From: Diplonema japonicum
Lineage: Eukaryota > Protista > Euglenozoa: Diplonemea
NCBI GenBank assembly: GCA_964019335.1
Contig: OZ025730.1
Location: forward strand, 62,001-126,000
DNA: 64,000 nt
Direction of reading: 5' to 3'
Part shown: positions 35,793-48,783 of the stretch, piece by piece
Layout of the letters: each line of letters opens with the position of its first letter
Position numbering within the stretch: position 1 is the stretch's first letter
Notes under the pieces: generated by a model
The model's database searches: none
Seen by the model: only the letters and a program-made list of their open reading frames with translations
What the model was told of the DNA's origin: nothing
Made by a program: the position numbers and the translations under genes

Positions 35793-36624
35793 TTCGTTGT
35801 TTTTTTTTTTCCCTTTGTTTTGGGATATAGAAAAAACGGTATGTTATGAAGCATAAAAAAAAAAAGAAAAGGAGGGAGAGAAAAGAAAAAAAAAATGAGA
35901 AAGAAGAGGGGGGAGGAGGATGCAATATAAAACCCGGAAGGGTTTTTCATGAGAGAAAAAAAAAAAAAAAAGGAAAATAATGGGTGGAGAGAAAGAGAGA
36001 GAGAGAGAGAGAAGAAAAAAAAAAGAGAGAAAAACAAACTATCCCGACAGGCGTATTTTTTCCCCCTCTTTTTTTTTTCCACCCCTCCTCCCCGCCCTTG
36101 TTGTGCGCACTGGCAACTTTTGTAGAGGTCTAAAAAAACCCGGGGGGGGGGGGGGGGGAAGCTTTTTGTGATGTGTTAACCTTATAAAAGGTTGTTGCAA
36201 ACTGGGTGGTGCCAAAAAATAGATTTCTTTTTTGTAGTACTGAGGGATGTGGGACAGAACTGCAGAAAATAGTAAAAAAGCAGTGAAGGGTGTGGCAGTC
36301 TGCGAAGCCGTCGGTGTTGAACCAAGGAGGTGCTGTAAAGGCTTACGAAAAATGAAACCAGTGTGCACCCACACAGACAGTCTTTACGCAGACGCACCCC
36401 CCTTTTCTTCTTCTTCTTTCAACACTCCTAGATTTCATCTAAGAGAGTGAAAAAAAAGGGGGTAAAAGTGGATAAGGAAGACAAAAAATACAATGAGCTA
36501 AGGGGTCAGTGAGATGCTTTACCTACTTGCATTTATCTAAAAAAAAAGGGGGGGGGAGAGGGGGAAAAGCTCATAAAAAAGGCAAAAAAAAAAAAAAAAA
36601 GAAAAAGAAAGAAAGAACAATCTT

Positions 36625-36712
36625 TATGGCTATGTCTTTGTAGTTCACACGAGCAAGATTTCTTTTTCAAAAAGCTGCAAAAGTTTTTTTGCTCAGGCAC
36701 AAGTTGCATATT
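36625..36712. repeat. Dispersed repeat family D
   Basis: Homologous to 34243-34330. Confidence 0.8.
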
Positions 36713-36719
36713 AAACACT

Positions 36720-36993
36720 ATTTGGCGTTAAGTGTGCAGCGTTGTGGAGGTATCTTGTGTTGTTACCCTTCATTTTTATCTGCATTCTTCGGGGTAGGTC
36801 GGCACGAATAAATATTTGTAACGAGGTTTCTTGTCTGCTTTGCTTTCTTTTTCGGCTGTGCTCGGACACCAGCGTGTTCTCGTGCGTCTAATACGAGTTC
36901 CATTAGGTGACTGTTGTCTTCCTCGGTCTGTCATCCCACTTCAGCTTTTTTAGACACTTGATGATGTCCTCTCCGTGTTTCACCATCAGGCTC
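36720..36993 (-). mobile_element. Degenerate non-LTR retrotransposon C-terminal fragment
   Basis: IIKCLKKLKWDDRPRKTTVT/MELVLD (frameshifted) is homologous to WLKQLRW..VSTVELALDF at ~23.2 kb. Confidence 0.6.
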
Positions 36994-37050
36994 CTGCGGG
37001 GAAAAAAAAAAAAAAAAAAAAAATACTAAAAAACCCCAAAAAAAAAATTC

Positions 37051-37110
37051 TAAGGTATGCCATTTTTGCGCCCACCGGCTGAGCTCAGTCCCCGTGGCTA
37101 CGGGAGTACC
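37051..37110 (-). repeat. Solo 3'-terminal segment of the retroelement
   Basis: TAAGGTATGCCATTTTTGCGCCCACCGGC..AGTCCCCGT matches 8390-8438. Confidence 0.7.
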
Positions 37111-37163
37111 GGTTTCCTGTCATACCCGTGTGTGTGTAAACTTTTTTTTTTTTCCTTCCTTTA

Positions 37164-37290
37164 TCACCACGCTTGATGACCCTGTCTAAGAAACGGTGAG
37201 GCTCGGTTAGCGGCAGAGGGTGCTTCAAAAGACGACAGTGGGTCAGTGGCAACCGTTGCCAGTGTATCCATGGGGGAACGGACCTGCGTT

Positions 37291-37322
<32 letters not shown>

Positions 37323-40300
37323 TTCTCATACACAGAAAATGTTCTTTCTAACCACAAACCCCCTCCAGATACTCTGAAGCCTCACAGCAGCAAGGTTCGC
37401 CGACACATCATTGGTCACGCACACATCAGAAGGTATTTCCGGGAAGAGTGCGGACCACTTCTTGAACATCTTCTCCTGTTCCCCTTGGGGCAAGTAAATA
37501 TCAGTGACGTCCACCTTGGCGTCGTCAGCGAGAAGTGTTATAACAGCAGCGTGAAGCAGCTCCTTGTAGTAAATACGACCGTCGTAGGCCTGCAACAAAG
37601 GGGCAAGCCTCATAGCGGTTTGATAGTTCTTTGTGGTGAGGTTGTCCTGAGACCCCAATGGAGGCCCCACGACGCCTAAGAAAGGGAGGATGTCAGGGAT
37701 GGGTAAGAACGCCGTCCTTGCTTGATCGACTTGTTCCCACGCGTAGGCGAAATCAGCGATGTTGTCGGCGGTGATCAGCGCCGCCTCTTCCTCCGTCGCC
37801 GTCGTGAATTCTCGCAATATTATCGCAACGATGAGGTTCAACAGAATGAACATAGCGAAGACGATGAAAGACAGGAAATAAATGTAAGCCCATGCAACGG
37901 ACCCGCATGATCCAAGCTGTTCATCGCAGTAAGGTTCTTGCGCTGAACAGTCCCTCATGATACCGTCCCACGCCTCGCCGGTACACACTCGGAAGAGGAG
38001 AAGAACAGCGGAGAAGAAAGATTCAAAATTAGCATGGTGGTGTATATACGAACCTCTGGCAACTTTCCCGAATATCCGGACACCCAGAATGGCGTACAGC
38101 GAGAACAGCAACGCCAGCAACGCGGCTACATTGACCAAATGCGGGAGGGATAGGAAGAGCGTTCGAAGAAGCATACGCACACCCTTCGTCATCCTCGCGA
38201 CACGGAGCAGCCTAGCCAACCGCAACACCCTCAAGATAGATATGATCGGTGTCCACGAAACCGTTGCAGTCACAATCAACCCCAATACAGATATCACAAC
38301 AATGATAAAATCAAAACGATTCCATTTATCTGCGTAATAGTCCGCAGGACCGAACGCAACAAGCTTAAGAGCTGCTTCCAATGAAAACACGGATATGAAA
38401 ACGATGGACAGTGCGTTCAACGCCTCGTCCCATTCCTTGCTCTGCCCGGCTCTTACAAAGCATAGAGCGAATACATTCACCGCAATGCATGCGGATATCG
38501 CTATCTCGAAGTGGCGGTTTGTTACGAAAAGGTGAAGCCACAGCCTCCAAGCAGGCATTTGTTTCCCTTTTGAAAATGGTTTTGTATTGTCTGTCAACAG
38601 CCTCATTACCAAGTTGTACTCGGTTTGTTCCCATCGAAGATTGCTTTGAGAATGCCCAGCTGATTCATATTCGGCAATGAGAACACCAACAAAGAGGTTT
38701 ACAAGAAAGAACGCGCCGAGAACAATGAAGAGAATGTAGTATACAGCAACCCATGGATTGCTGTTTAACCGAGGAGCGCCGTCTGAGTTCGCATCGATAC
38801 CAACATGCATTGCTTCGATCCATCCTTCGAGCGTAGCGATTTCGAACAGGGTGACGAGGGATTTTCCCAGATTGTCGAAGTTCGAGGGGTACGATTCCCA
38901 CCGGTACCTCGGGTCTGCCGCGAGACAAGCTTCCTTAGTCATGGGGGTTTGACATGGGATAGTTTCGTTGCTCTGGCAGACTTCACCGCGAGACACATCG
39001 CCCCATTTGAACATCGAACAGGAATGGAATTTACCAAGGAAGAGCTGCATACCCATGATCCCGAAGATTATGAAGATCATCGCGGTGATAACCATGATTT
39101 GCGACAGACCTTTTATACTGTTTATCAGCGAATCGACGACAACCTTCAACCCCTTTGACTTGTTGATAAATCGAAGCGGTCTAAGCGTTCGGAACAACCT
39201 TAGCACGCTCAACTGTTTGATGCTGTCCCCGCTCAACGTCAACCCCATGTCCACAATACCGATAACAACAATACAGAAATCGAGGATATTCCACGCATCT
39301 CGTCGGAGATACGAATCCGGGTGAAGGATAAAACCGTACGCGGTGATCTTAAGCAGCGCTTCGCACAGAAAAATAATCGCCAGCACCATTCCGATCGTTT
39401 CCAATGCTGCTGGTAAATCTTCATCGGGGGCTGCTAAAGGATTGTACGCTGCAAGCGACACCGTCGATACTAAAATGAACCCCGTCACCACTATTTCAAA
39501 GTACATATTCTCCACCAATCTCCGCAATAGCCTCCGCACTATGGAGTCAGGGGGCAGGATGAACAATGCTCTGTCATTGTGGATAATCATGTCTAACCAC
39601 GAATTTGGACCCCGGTCTTCTTCAACAACCATCTCCACCACTAAGTTCGAGCTGGTGTCAAAAGCCAAATCGGAAACCAAGTCAGATTCCATATCTTCTT
39701 CGTTAACTTCTCTGCTATACTCTAGCCCGCCTAGTAACACCGCGATGAATAGGTTCAGCACGACATAGTTGCCTATCACGAACAGAGTTATGAAGTAAAG
39801 ACATGCAGCGTCATGGGTGGAACGCATCCCTCGATGCATCGCGAGGTTCCAGTCTTCTCCGGAAATGACTTGGAAAACGGATAACAACGCCCAGCCAAGC
39901 CCGTCGAAATTTTCGCGCGGCAAACCGGGGCATTTTGAATCGGGTAAATTGGGGTAGCTTGAGACTTCGAGGTTGCAATAGTGCGAGCCGAAAAGCTGCA
40001 TCCCAAGCAAGGCGTAGACAAACACAACGAGGACGAGAAGGAGGGTGAGGATCGCGACACTCTTCACGGAATTTGCAAGCGCGGCGCAGAACAACCACAA
40101 CGCGGGGAACTTCCTAGCGAGGTTGAATAAGCGAAGTAACCGCAAACTGTTCAACACCCCAACCCCGTCGTATATTATGTCAACAAGTGACGAAACCACG
40201 ATCAAAGCCTCTAGAACGCTCTGCCCGTTTCGTAAGAAAACCGTGATGGGAACCGCGGCAAGGTTTAAACAAAGCTCGACAAGATAAATCCCTGCAAATA

Positions 40301-41747
40301 TTTTACCCGAGACGTCAATCAGGCTGGTCATCTCGTCGGGCTGCCCGTAGTGCTGTATCCCGAGCATGAAACAGTTCAAAACGATGATGGACGTTATGAA
40401 CAAACTGAACTCTTTACTTGTAACGATTCTCGCTGCACGTTTCCTCCATCGGTTGCTGACAGCCGCGGACACGTTATGTTTGCTACTCTGCATGCTGTTG
40501 ATGAGTCGTTGCAACCCGATAACAGGCTTAGCAGCGCGTTCTTGTTGTTGTTCGACGTTGAGCACGAAAGCATTGTTGATGATAACAAGGCTGAGGTTGA
40601 CGATGAAGAACGAACCGAACGAGACCACCACCACGAAGAAAAAAGCGGCCATCCACTGGTTTGTATCAGCATCGAACACCGTGTACATCACCTCGGTCCA
40701 CCCCTCCATCGTTACAACAGTGAACAACGTCAGCAACGCGTACAAAATATTGTCAAATGACACCTTCCCGTTGTAAGGGTTCCCCGTCTCCATGCAAATG
40801 TACCCGTAAGGACATCGATGCCCGGTTCCCACTGTACTTGTCCCGTTTATGCATACTCGTGATATGTCGAGCATTGGTTGTATAGGGTACGATGGGATGT
40901 GTGTGCAGGTGTTGACGAGGGAGCCCTTCCATTGTTGAACGAATACAATTCCCATAATGAGAAGGAACATGAAGAATAGTAGTAGGACGTCGATGAGCTG
41001 CGGGAGGGATTGGAGGAGGGAGTTCACGATGAGCTGGACCTCCTTAACCTTCGTGACTGCTCGAAGCGGTTTGAATAACCGAAACGCGCGTAAACACGAC
41101 ACGGCAGCACTGTCGCTCGCGCTTGATAGTTCAACAACTACGCTTGCTATGCCGGTTAAAACTATTACAAAATCCAGACGGTTCCACGGGTCCTGCAAGT
41201 ACGCAGCTTCAGATGAATAAAAACCTTGACCAGCTATGCGCAGGACCATCTCGAACGTGAATAAAATAGTGAAAACAATCTCCGCGTAAAACGCTGACTG
41301 GTTCGCAGGCGAGCTGTCCGTGCGATCTGTCGGGTCTTCAATCGCAAGGAAGATACAGTTCAGTAGAATTAAAAACAGTATTATCTGGTCCGTCTGCTTG
41401 TTCTGAATGATAACGACGTTGATTTCCCTCCGCCAAGGCGAGAGCTCGATTTTGTTTCGGATCATCATGTTTAGGTACGCCATTGCCTCGTGGCGGATGG
41501 CGTCGTCCTTGACAGCGTTGTTTTTGTTCAGAGCGAGTCTTGAATGGAATGGATGGTTGAGGCTTCGCCGGCCGAAGATAGAGGGCCTCATTGGTTTCCA
41601 TTCAGGATCGTTGCACTTGCTAGTGTTCCGTGACGATCGCAAGGGGTCGTCTTCAAGACGGGCCGCCACCTCTAAGATTACCACGTTTGCATCGTCGTTG
41701 TCCATTGCGCCACCTTTCTCGTTGTCGCACACCGCACCATCTTTCAT
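37164..41747 (-). CDS. Four-domain voltage-gated Ca2+ channel alpha subunit (Cav-like)
   Basis: Four 6-TM repeats with S4 Arg arrays; pore loops TMEGW/SGEDW/TLEGW/TGEAW (EEEE); C-terminal EF-hand-like region and IQ motif (LQSIWRGF). Predicted intron 37284-37331 and last exon 37164-37283. Start 41747 is uncertain. Confidence 0.93.
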
Positions 41748-43290
41748 CTCATCGCCGTTCGATGCTTGCTTTGTCTTCTCGCATCCCCACGGTTTGCGGG
41801 AGTGGGTTGGGTTTTTTTTTTTTTTTTTTGGATTTTTTTCCCCCCACCCTCTCTCCTGTGACGGGTTGAGACAAAAAAACACAAAAAAAAGTTGGGGGGG
41901 AAAAAAAAAAGAAGAAGATAAATAAGAAGTATTATGGGAGAGAGAGAGAGAATGGGGAGGTTTCTTTTTTTTTTTATTTCTTTTTTTCTTTTTTTTCCCC
42001 TATTTTATTAAATTTTTTTGGGGGGGAGATAATGGCACACGCGTATCGTGCATTCTGTTCTGCTAGGTGTGGTTTGTCAATCCCCCTCCTGGAGTTGAAT
42101 TCTTTTTTTTTTTTGTGTCATGGATCTACAGGGAATACTTTTCTGGATGGAAAAGGGGAAAAAAAAGGAAAATTCTGGAAAATGCTCTCTTTTTTTTGGG
42201 GGGGGTGATTTTCTTAATTTTCAAAGATGCATGCATGCATGCCTTTAAAAAAAGGGGGGGGGGGAGCAATAATTCTTTTTTTTAAGGGCAAAAAGAAAGA
42301 AAGAAAGAATAAATAGGGAAAAGTGAACAAAGTTTTTTTTAAAAATAGAACAAAACACAATACCCCCCCCCCCCGCACAAACAAGGGAAATTTTTGACTA
42401 ACGTTGTGCACAACTGGCTCCGAAGCAGGTCAAAAACAAAAGAAGGAAAAGAAAAATCTTAAGTGACTTTTAGGATGGAAGGGGGGGGAAGACAAAGAGC
42501 AAGAGGAAAAGAAGAATGAGGGCAACTTAACCTGGAGTGAATACATTTCAGGTATTGCTGGAGGCGACAACTTTTCTTTTTTATTTTATTTTATTTTTTT
42601 TATTTCTATTTTTCTTTTCTTTTTTTTTTCTCTTCCCCTTCCTTTGAAAAAGCAAGGAAGGCAGAATGACGGCAAAAGAAAAAAAAAAAAAAATGATTAC
42701 TGTAAATCTCTTAATTCTTCCCCGATGCTCAAGGTAGAAATATATAACAAAAAAAAAAAAAGTTTAGAAGAAAAGGACACCCTCAAGACATAGGGAGGAC
42801 CGATGCCAGAAAGAATTCTCTGCATTTCAGCGAACTCGATCGGGGGGGGCCAACTGTCGATACTGGGGCTGGAAGAATCTTCCTTAAAAAAAAAAAAGAA
42901 GAAAAAAAAAAGAAAAAAGAAGAAAACGAAGGTGTTTTCTCCAGGACATTGACGAAGATCGCTTCTTTTTTTTTTCTTTTTTTTTTTTCTAAACTGAAAA
43001 TACAAAACAAAGAGAAACTCCTGACAGTGAGGCGGGGGTGCAATATATTCCGTTAGGGCTGGAGGTGTTGTTGCTTTCTGCGCGGCATGTCTTGTAAGAG
43101 GCAGAGGCTAGATAGTGGATACTAATGTCCGGAAGAATGTTTATTTTCTTTGTTTTACAGTATTTTTTTTTGATCCCTTCTTCTATTTTTCTTTTTTTTT
43201 TTTATATTTTTTTTTTTTTATATATTTTTTTTTTTTTTTTTTTTTTACGAGTATAATAATATCTTTCCCGTGTCAAAAAAAAAGGGAGGG

Positions 43291-43317
<27 letters not shown>

Positions 43318-43321
<4 letters not shown>

Positions 43322-43412
43322 AGTTTGGCGCTCCATTTGTTTGTGCGCACGAGCGGAATTTTACCTAATAAAATAGCTCATTACGCTGCCATCAACTAGT
43401 TTTTAGTCTCGA
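43318..43412. repeat. Dispersed repeat family C
   Basis: Homologous to 30154 and 49518. Confidence 0.88.
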
Positions 43413-43530
43413 CAATAATATTGTTAAAACAAAAAAAAAAAAAAAAAAAAAGGAATTGTAAGCCTCGATAAGAATTTCAATTTAACCATTCATATAAATG
43501 TGACACGTGGGTTTAGTGGTTAACAAAGAA

Positions 43531-43628
43531 CTCATAGTAAAAGACAATCCCACTCGAGGACAGCCTCTTGTGGTGTGAGTTCCTATCTATTAATGCTCCC
43601 CTTCTGGAGCATAGCCTTCGTTCCTATT
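43531..43628. repeat. Dispersed repeat family B, copy 2
   Basis: Near-identical to 12820-12917. Confidence 0.9.
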
Positions 43629-44496
43629 TAAAGAAAATTCCTGGGCAGCAAATTTTTCTGTTTTGTTACAAATAATAATTTAGTAACCGTCCCGCCACAC
43701 TACCACGAGGCTTACAGCAACGGAGGATAGAAACAGGATAAAGAAAAGTCCACCAACGGAAAAGGAAGAAAAAAAAAAAAAGATAAGAAAATGGGGAAGA
43801 AGAGAAGAAAATTCCCTTTCTTTTTCCATTTTTTTTTGTTTTTTTCTTTTTGTTTCTCCCCCCATTCTTTGGAAGGGCACTTTGCAAAAGAGAGGAGAGC
43901 GAAAATAAAAGGGAAAGAGACTAAGAAACCACGTGAATCGGCCGTTCTTTTTTTTTTTTCTTTTTTTTTTTTCTTCTCTTGTTTTAATACTTCCAACAAC
44001 AAAAAAAAAAAAAAAAAAAAGAGATGAGATAAAGGAGGTTCCTGTTTTGAACGTCCCCCTTGTCTCTACTTAAAAAAAGAAGACATTAGCAATACAGTAA
44101 ACAAGAGGGGGCACATTTACGGACAGGAGACTTGAGACCTGTACTGTGATATTACTGTGATTGATAAAAAAAAAAGGAGTTTTTTTTTCTCTTCTTTTTT
44201 GTGGGAAGCTAAAAATAAAGGAGAAAAGCTAAGCTAAATGGACTACTGTCGGTCAATGTACCAAAGTATGGGAGGGGGAGAAAAAAGTTAATGAACAAAC
44301 TTCTGTCGTAAGAAAGGAGGGGGGGAAACGAAAAAGAAAAAAAGATAATAACGAACTAGGGAGGTGTGATAAGGTTTTCCTTTTTTTTTTCTTTTTTTTT
44401 TTTCTTCTCTAAATTTCAGAATAAGAAGACGGGTTTGCTTTACCCCCACCTTCAGGGGCATATGTTTTGGAAAATGCAAGCGACACATAAAACTCA

Positions 44497-44797
44497 CTAT
44501 GACTTACGTCTTTGTTGTGCTCACAAGCAAAAAATCTTTTTTAAAAAGCTTGCAAATGTTTTGATTTTAAATATTTGTAACAATAAAAAAAATAAAATAA
44601 AAAGAACTGAAAATAGCCGTTTCCATAAGAATTTTGAAAACATGGAAACTGACTGTAAAATGAAAAATGCAACCGAAAGAAGAACTGGCCGTTGTTTGGC
44701 CGTGTGTACGTGCCGGGTATAACCTGGAGAAGTTTGTAAAGCCGAAACACGTTGCCAACGCTCCCCTTTTGTTTAGACAAGTCAAAGACTCGTTCTT

Positions 44798-44800
<3 letters not shown>
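44497..44800. repeat. Repeat family D with a longer extension
   Basis: The D-like start is followed by GAACTGGCCGTTGTTT..AACCTGG..AAGTCAAAGACT, which recurs degenerately at 57623-57720. Confidence 0.65.
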
Positions 44801-44836
<36 letters not shown>

Positions 44837-45042
44837 CGAACTTTTTGTCAGCTCGGAATTCAAAAAAAAAAAAAAAAAAAAAAAAATAGTACAAGAAAAA
44901 GAAGAAAAAAAAAACAGAGAGTATTAAGGGGCACCAACCCCGAAGACAACAAACGGAAGAGAGATGAGAAAAAAAAAAAAAGAAAAAAAAAAAAAAAGAA
45001 GAATGTGTAAATAAATAAAAATATCGTATCTCCCAACACTCC

Positions 45043-47018
45043 TTATTTTAGAGCATAAAATAGCACATAGGCAGCAGAGGACGGCCGGGCACATGGATTC
45101 TATTTTTTTTTTCTTTTTCTTTTTGTGTTCTCCCTTCTGTATGTTCATACCTCCCTTAAGGGTCCAGTGACCAAACTGTCGTCAAAACTGTGCCACCCGT
45201 CCGCAATCTTTGCAGTCGCGGTGTAGTGTCCGCTGCGAGCGGTACCAAAGTGGTTGATTTTAGCATAAAGGTGGTACGTGCCTTCGGGGGTGATTTCCTC
45301 CACTATTTTTTTTTTTTTTAAAAAAAGTTTTCCCTCATACTCGACGAGGCAGCACTTGCAATACTTGGCACCCTGGTGTGCTTGGGACGTCCGGAAGCAG
45401 GCGAAGCGCACACATCAATCATATCCCCCACAGCACCATGCAACGGCCTGGCCAACCACTGCGAAGGGTCCAACCTCTCAGGAGTATGCACAGCAGTGTT
45501 GATCTTACCCCCTGTTTGTGAGAATCGCTTCAAATGGATAATCAAGTACTTCGGAAGCCTCCAAAGCTGGATTTTTTTCCTCGATCGTGCCGACCTACAT
45601 TTAGGACAAGCTCTTCCTATGTTTTCATGCTCTGAGAAGAGATTGAGACACGCTTGAAGCGTGACGGGAGACGAAGGCGAGCCCCCAGAAGGAAACGGCA
45701 CGGAAACAGAGGAGAAGGGATCGAAAGCGATGGATTTGTCGCCGCAATCTAAACACTCGAGGACGGATTTGTGCTGCCCGTGGAACAGACGGACGATACT
45801 GCTCTTGTTCCATTGAAGATGGTTGTGCCACCACATCGCAGCGGCTTCATGGTCCGGTTTGCCACTCTCATCAGATAACTGGCTGTACGGTACTTTGTCC
45901 GTGACCTCGTTCAGATCCTCGTGGAGGGAGTCTAGGAGATAGTTGTTGAATTCTTGCGAGTCGTGTTGATTCCATCCGGTGAACATTGGGTTGTGATGTG
46001 ATATTGCTTGCTTGAACTCGATGGGTTTGTACGACCTGCTTCCGTGCCACATGTGTTTTAACAGTTTTGCGAAAGAACACACGATTTCTCCACGGCAGCC
46101 GAGAGGGTTGCTCGTGTTGACCCCGCGGACAAATCGGTCTGAGAGAAAGTGCTGTCGGAACTTTGGTGTTGCGGACAGGCATTGTATGGCAGCGTTCATG
46201 TAGCAAGTGTTACCGAGGTTTGCAAGACCGCACCTGCCGGGGGGAACCCGGAGGTGGTTGCAAAGCTTCTTCGCCACTGTGTCAGCAACCTCGTCCGCTA
46301 CCGCTGCGTGCACCGCGTCGCCCATTTCTACCAAAGCCGTACTGTTTAAAAACTGTTGGTGGAACTCTCCTTCATCAACCTTCCCGTCGCCGTTTGCGTC
46401 GAGAATCAACCACAGCTCGTCCGTGATCAGCCTCAGGTTTTGCTTGCGGGAGTTGAAAAAATCGTCCAATGTTCGAGACATTCCACCTTCTAAAGCCTTC
46501 CCCACGTCCCGTTCCACCTGTTTTGTGTCGCCTTGAATGAACAATCTCACGATTCTTCTTATCAACGTGCTTTGAAGCTGCGGCATAAAACTTCTCATAG
46601 ATTGTAAGTACTCTTCTATTAATGTAGAGAGCGATTCTTTGGTTAATTTATCATCTGTTCGGTACCTCCCCCAAATCGGTTCCAAGAAGTGTGTGTCGTC
46701 GGCTGTGCGGAGTTTTGTCAGGGCAAGTTGTCTTGGATCGACCAGATCTACAACGCTCTTAACGACTCCTTTGACATCTGCGGTGTCTACGTTGTCCACA
46801 AGGCTGTCCTCGATGGCCTTTCTGTAGGAGTCGAAGAGGCCTTCAAACGGCCCTACGTTGCACAGAGGCGTTCGAATCGAGTTTTCTTTTAGAGACATGT
46901 TGAACTTCGCGCTGACCGTCCGAGGCGGGGGCAGCGGCGACACCGACCTCCCCTTATGCCTTGCCCTGCCATGCCTTTGTTTGGTGGCTGTTTGCTGTGC
47001 ACAACATGTATTCCCCAT
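45043..47018 (-). CDS. Ubiquitin-specific protease (C19) with N-terminal acylation motif and EF-hand (3 exons)
   Basis: MGNTCC; EF-hand DANGDGKVDEGEF; Cys box GLANLGNTCYMNAAIQCL; QHDSQEF; His box NHFGTARSGHYTA. Introns 45303-45340 and 45100-45150 restore the terminal SAAYVLFY. Confidence 0.92.
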
Positions 47019-47033
47019 CGCCTTTGGTGGTAC

Positions 47034-47067
<34 letters not shown>

Positions 47068-47250
47068 TCGACAGTTTTGTCTGGTTCTCGAAGGCAAAAC
47101 TTGTTGGGCGGTTGATGGAAGCAAGCCATTCTGTGAAGGTGCAGAATAAAGGGGGTTTGCGAGCTCTTTTTTTATTTTTTATTTTGTATATTTGGCACCA
47201 TTTTATCAGTCCGGCGTATTTTTTGTTTTTCACCTTACAGTATCCCCCCC

Positions 47251-47590
47251 CTAGGCATAGTGGTGCGAGTCGCATTCTTGCATTCTCGCACAAAAAAAAT
47301 CTGAACCGAAATTCTCGCAAAACGACTCGCATTCTCGCACACTCTCGCACGATTCTCGCACATGCTAGCTATTTTATGTTCCCTAGGATTACATAGGGAA
47401 AGTACCAAACGGGGGCCCTAAAATTAGAACATGATTCTAGGCACTTCTGGGGCCGGAAACCATCGGGAAACGGGGGTTTGGGTGATTTGTGGGCACTTTT
47501 GGGGTGGTTACAGTTTTTTGAAGGGCCCAAAGTGCCCTTGGCGAAGAGCCTGAAAAAGGGCAAAAAAACGACCCCCTTATGACCCCCCTA
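47251..47590. mobile_element. Probable DNA-transposon end with an array of ATTCTCGCA motifs
   Basis: About 6 copies of (A)TTCTCGCA within 47272-47362 in a non-homopolymeric island. Confidence 0.45.
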
Positions 47591-47642
47591 CCCCCCCCCC
47601 CCCCCCCCCCCCGTTTTTCATCGTTACAAGAAAAAGAAAAAC

Positions 47643-48224
47643 TTACAAACCACCACTATATAGTGATGGGCCCCATGCTTGGTGTACCACTGCTATATCG
47701 GTATCCTTGGGGCGGAGTGTTTTGGGAGGGTCTAATTTTAACACAGGTTCGGCACGGTTTGTTCGAACTTCGGGGTGGCGGGGCGGGGCCTTGGTGAGTC
47801 TTCTCAATGAGGGGAGCACCTCGTCAGGGGAAGACTGCGGCCGCAGCACAACCTCCGAAAGGGTGGAGGATAATTTGGCAGCGGAGTCAGCACGCGCTTC
47901 CAGCACACGGCCGAGAAGCAGAATCCCACGGTGAAGCTCCCTTGTAGGGGCCTTTTCCAGGTTGAGGTACAGCTCGCTAGTGTACTCGGCCTCAACAGGG
48001 TCAGCCAGGATGCACATCGTCCGTGTTCCTTCTTCCAAGATGCCGCGAATGGTGCTTCTGAAGGCGATCTCTGCATTGGTTTCCTTTTCCTCTTCACAGA
48101 TAGCGCATGCCTTTCGCTCCTCCCAACACGTTTTGTGGATCACATGCCCGCACTCTTGTTCATATGCTTCTTCCGTGGGACGCACAATGCGTGTGCATTC
48201 TGAACAGTGGGATTTCTCGGTCAT
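47643..48224 (-). CDS. RING-H2 finger protein (193 aa)
   Basis: C-x2-C..C-G-H-x2-H-x2-C..C-x2-C at the N-terminus. Lies between two mobile-element relics, so it may be TE cargo. Confidence 0.65.
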   Translation of the reverse strand: MTEKSHCSECTRIVRPTEEAYEQECGHVIHKTCWEERKACAICEEEKETNAEIAFRSTIRGILEEGTRTMCILADPVEAEYTSELYLNLEKAPTRELHRGILLLGRVLEARADSAAKLSSTLSEVVLRPQSSPDEVLPSLRRLTKAPPRHPEVRTNRAEPVLKLDPPKTLRPKDTDIAVVHQAWGPSLYSGGL

Positions 48225-48285
48225 TTTTCTTTTTATATTTCTTTTTATTTTTACGCCATATGGTCAGGGTTGGGGTGGGTGTACC

Positions 48286-48324
<39 letters not shown>

Positions 48325-48329
<5 letters not shown>

Positions 48330-48783
48330 TTCACTCTTTAACTAGTTAAGTTATGAGATTTTGGAGTTAAATTATGGGCTTCAGAGTGAAAAAAAACGGG
48401 TCTTGTCGTGGAAAAAAAATGTATCCAACCCCTTGAAAAAACCTTTTGGGAGTTGACTATTTTTGGCCATTTGAGGCCATTCCGGCCCTTAAAAGTGGGA
48501 ACAAGTGCTTTACTTCCCCTTTAACTGCCACGGCGAAATAGCAACCCCCGTATTACCTTACGGAAATCCCCAAAAAAGCTGTCCCGTGTGAGGAAAACAG
48601 CAGTGAAAGCGGTGAGGAGTGAGTGACTCAAATGACGAAGAGTGAAATAAAACGACTTACTTGCCGTCAAATGAGCCATTATTTAACACTCGTTACCGTT
48701 TTCTTGCGGGCCCGAGTGCAAAAAAATTCGGGAACTCGAGTTAAATAATGACACATAATTTGTTGGCAATAAACAGCTGTTTT
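48325..48783 (+). mobile_element. Non-autonomous Crypton-like element, divergent subfamily
   Basis: Left end TATTTTCACTCTT. Right end GTGAAATAAAACGACTTAC..hairpin..TTGTTGGCAATAAACAGCT is homologous to the family A end (GTGAAATAAAACCACTTAC..TTGTTGGCAGTAAATAGCT). Abuts a (TTA)n tract. Confidence 0.65.

Noticed and set aside
42697-43135. Possible small multi-exon gene (EDSSSPSIDSWPPPIEFAEMQRIL..)
   Set aside because: I could not assemble a consistent start-to-stop spliced model.
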